A model generated the notes under the pieces. It was given only the letters and a program-made list of their open reading frames with translations, did no database searches and was not told the origin of the DNA. Both the position numbers and the translations under genes were made by a program. Positions 63,101-64,000 of a stretch of 64,000 bases of DNA are shown here, piece after piece. This DNA is from Patescibacteria group bacterium (GTDB taxonomy: Bacteria; Patescibacteriota; Microgenomatia; UBA12405). The stretch is from positions 39,841-103,840 of the forward strand of contig JAMCSD010000006.1 of NCBI GenBank assembly GCA_023380755.1, in the 5' to 3' direction. Each line of letters begins with the position of its first letter. The first letter of the stretch is position 1.

Positions 63101-63917
63101 CAATGGCCAATCGATCACCAGTTTCAATAGTGCCATCACCATTACCTTTCCTTATACCGATGCTCAGTTAACTGCCCAAGGTATCACTGCCGATGATCTT
63201 ATCCCCTCATATTTTGATGACACCTCCGGTACTTGGAAAAAGGTGAGCAATGTAACCGTTGACACCACCAACAAGACCGTTACTATCTCCACTGACCATT
63301 TTACCGATTACGCCCTAACTGCCAATATTACCAACTCCGGTAACAGCCAAAACTCATCACCTTCCGTTTCCACCACCTCCTCTACGCCAGGCTGTGGCGA
63401 TCTTTCGCCCGCTTCTGCCCCTCAGATTTTTCAGATTAATCGTACCCGGACTAGCGCCAAGATCTACTTTGTCCCGGCCATGAATCCGGTAACCTATTAC
63501 TACCTTTCTTACGGTCTTAAACCTGGTGATGACCGTTACGGCGTTAGTTTTAACCAAGGGGCTTCATCCGGCGCTTTAACTTTTACTGTTGATCATCTTT
63601 CTCCTCGCGCGACCTATTACTTCCGGATTCGCGCTGGCAATGGCTGTACTCCTGGTCCCTGGTCGGACTGGTTTCCCAAAGGCAAATATAAAGTAACATA
63701 TTCCACCACTAGTACCGCCTCCACCCCAACTACTCTGAAAAGGACTGCTTCCAAAGTCGCTGCTCCGGCTCTCGATACTCAGCCCGAGCCCACTACCGCT
63801 CCCGCTGCCCCCCAACCTCAAACGGCTGCCCCTCCCGTCGTTACCACTCCCGCTAAGCCCACTCCGGCTCCACCCTCCCTTTGGCAGCGAATCAAACAAT
63901 TCTTTAGCTGGCTATAA
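60153..63917 (+). CDS. giant secreted surface protein with about 8 tandem CarboxypepD_reg/Ig-like beta-sandwich repeats, an FN3-like domain and a Pro/Thr-rich tail
   Basis: Signal peptide. A recurring unit of about 95 aa carries (T/S)G.V....G.......V.........TDS.G.(F/Y)...V (for example TGSVKNSQGVGVSGVNINAF...TTDNSGNFTLSV). The FN3-like segment is ...ATYYFRIRAGNGCTPGPWSDW, and the tail is PTTAPAAPQPQTAAPPVVTTPAKPTPAPP. Confidence 0.7.
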   Translation: MKYLKSCLAVLLVAVSLLLPAKAQAVGNLTAVSSTLSSSSLGASGVDATFSLTLGSSLPVGGYIEVQLPGSLYSYQANSVTLTLVSTNPSVGSLVFVSKGTNPDTNSFVSQSIYLKTSGAVVPAGTALIFKIGGLTNGNTAQTATANLQTTATYHGTVLDGDSSNSSGNYYFQHLMSVGTVAFQGTVTNPSSNPVNQAWVNIFPASVSGGGAMPQGSLTDSAGKYLIVTTNVNVGTSYSLQVFAPFNGGGNLVTPDTYTALYNNSPITKNFQFTTATKTITGTVSYNGTAIGVTGAQVSAFKMNGSGFAQTTTDSSGHFTFTVGGGDWGVSPQAGNNSDWSYGQPPVTVKFATDNSTESQTADFTVYKASAHVTGRLLKPNGSPVTSLDGLGIGVFSQEGKGGGGQINNDLGTFSVAVPPGTYMINVWAPPISTYGTPSVDPVTVVDGQTKDVGDITLINKDSTITGSVKNSQGVGVSGVNINAFVRDGGGFSQATTDNSGNFTLSVTAGHWTVQPFLNMSSSYALDTPPQDVTVTSSASATVNFTVKSASVTISGVVQDTNGNPLSIYGYAFAENPNGGMMGPGGLGGPIERGSFSFKVPAGTYTINAGIAPGSGYTPSSGTTVTVNDGDTKNVVVTLASNDSTITGSIVNSQGTAISGTGIQVFAVSHGGGHEAFQQGIVSGSTYTISVAAGDWSLGFFVDPSSGYMSSPPGSADKFTITSGETFTKNISLLSANSTITGKITKPDGSAAAGVFVSVDNRETQNKDYFNGAPTDSNGNYTVKITAGTYKVRVNVAPGQGYLSPAEQNITVADSQTQTANFSLRQSDATISGTVTLNGSGTPAYVYAWSDDGGFAQSNAISDGTYSLSVSQGTTWHVGARYENGTNPYQSNETIISLNSATATADLTLSAPSYSLPQALTTTFDATKPKIINLTDGAEINIPANALASSGSVTLTISPKASLPVKKGDKPVWYGYQFTATDSNGQSITSFNSAITITFPYTDAQLTAQGITADDLIPSYFDDTSGTWKKVSNVTVDTTNKTVTISTDHFTDYALTANITNSGNSQNSSPSVSTTSSTPGCGDLSPASAPQIFQINRTRTSAKIYFVPAMNPVTYYYLSYGLKPGDDRYGVSFNQGASSGALTFTVDHLSPRATYYFRIRAGNGCTPGPWSDWFPKGKYKVTYSTTSTASTPTTLKRTASKVAAPALDTQPEPTTAPAAPQPQTAAPPVVTTPAKPTPAPPSLWQRIKQFFSWL

Positions 63918-64000
63918 GTACCTAAAAATCTGATACCAAAAGTTTACTGTCCAAGCATCCACCTCTTCTAACTGGTGAGCTAACCAATTCATCATTTTAG

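Noticed and set aside
1-64000. Checked for CRISPR arrays, rRNA genes and UGA-recoding (code 25/4) signatures.
   Set aside because: No regularly spaced direct repeats and no rRNA-like sequence were seen. Long motif-bearing ORFs are uninterrupted under the standard code and several end in TGA.

Overview
All calls come from hand-reading the sequence and the ORF track. No database search or computation was run, and the G+C statements are hand counts on a few 60-nt lines. The window reads like a small-genome, uncultivated bacterium; a Patescibacteria/CPR-like origin is inference only. Standard code 11 fits, because the long ORFs are intact and use TGA stops. The backbone is roughly 50% G+C. It carries L25 (partial), a ThpR-type 2H phosphoesterase, a tRNA cluster, a GT2 glycosyltransferase, FtsB/DivIC, a Xer-type tyrosine recombinase, a CDP-alcohol phosphatidyltransferase and a three-gene operon around a T4SS-coupling-protein-like ATPase. 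It also carries polyprenyl synthase, DnaG, RpoD, an Arr-like protein, a histidine phosphatase, a P-type ATPase, RelA/SpoT, NUDIX, a type IV pilin, an SDR, a cytidine-deaminase-like protein, an S53 peptidase and a 1254-aa repeat surface protein. At tRNA-Asn (16097-16171) the backbone is interrupted by a visibly AT-rich island of about 18 kb (about 16.2-34.4 kb, spot counts 33-37% G+C). The island opens with a large serine recombinase whose ORF runs antisense into the tRNA. It has a small regulatory/replication-like module, an orphan small-terminase-like gene and a complete type I R-M operon (hsdRMS), and it ends near a degenerate copy of the tRNA-Asn 3' end (34337-34351). The best candidate for an undescribed system is the three-gene cassette fused to the 3' end of hsdRMS (27648-31541). 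It encodes a 3-TM protein, a SEC-C-motif protein and a protein with a tentative CHAT/caspase-like His/Cys region, and it sits tail-to-tail with a PD-(D/E)xK/DUF4268-like gene. The second candidate is a backbone cluster at 51.5-58.2 kb: an NTase-domain protein, a divergent adenylosuccinate-synthetase-like protein, a vWA protein, a kinase-fold protein with a degenerate catalytic loop, and a cytidine-deaminase-like protein. Other oddities are duplicated tRNA fragments around a tRNA-Ile(UAU), a motor-less domain-permuted FtsK-like protein, and GIY-YIG genes at both island borders. No rRNA and no CRISPR array were seen.
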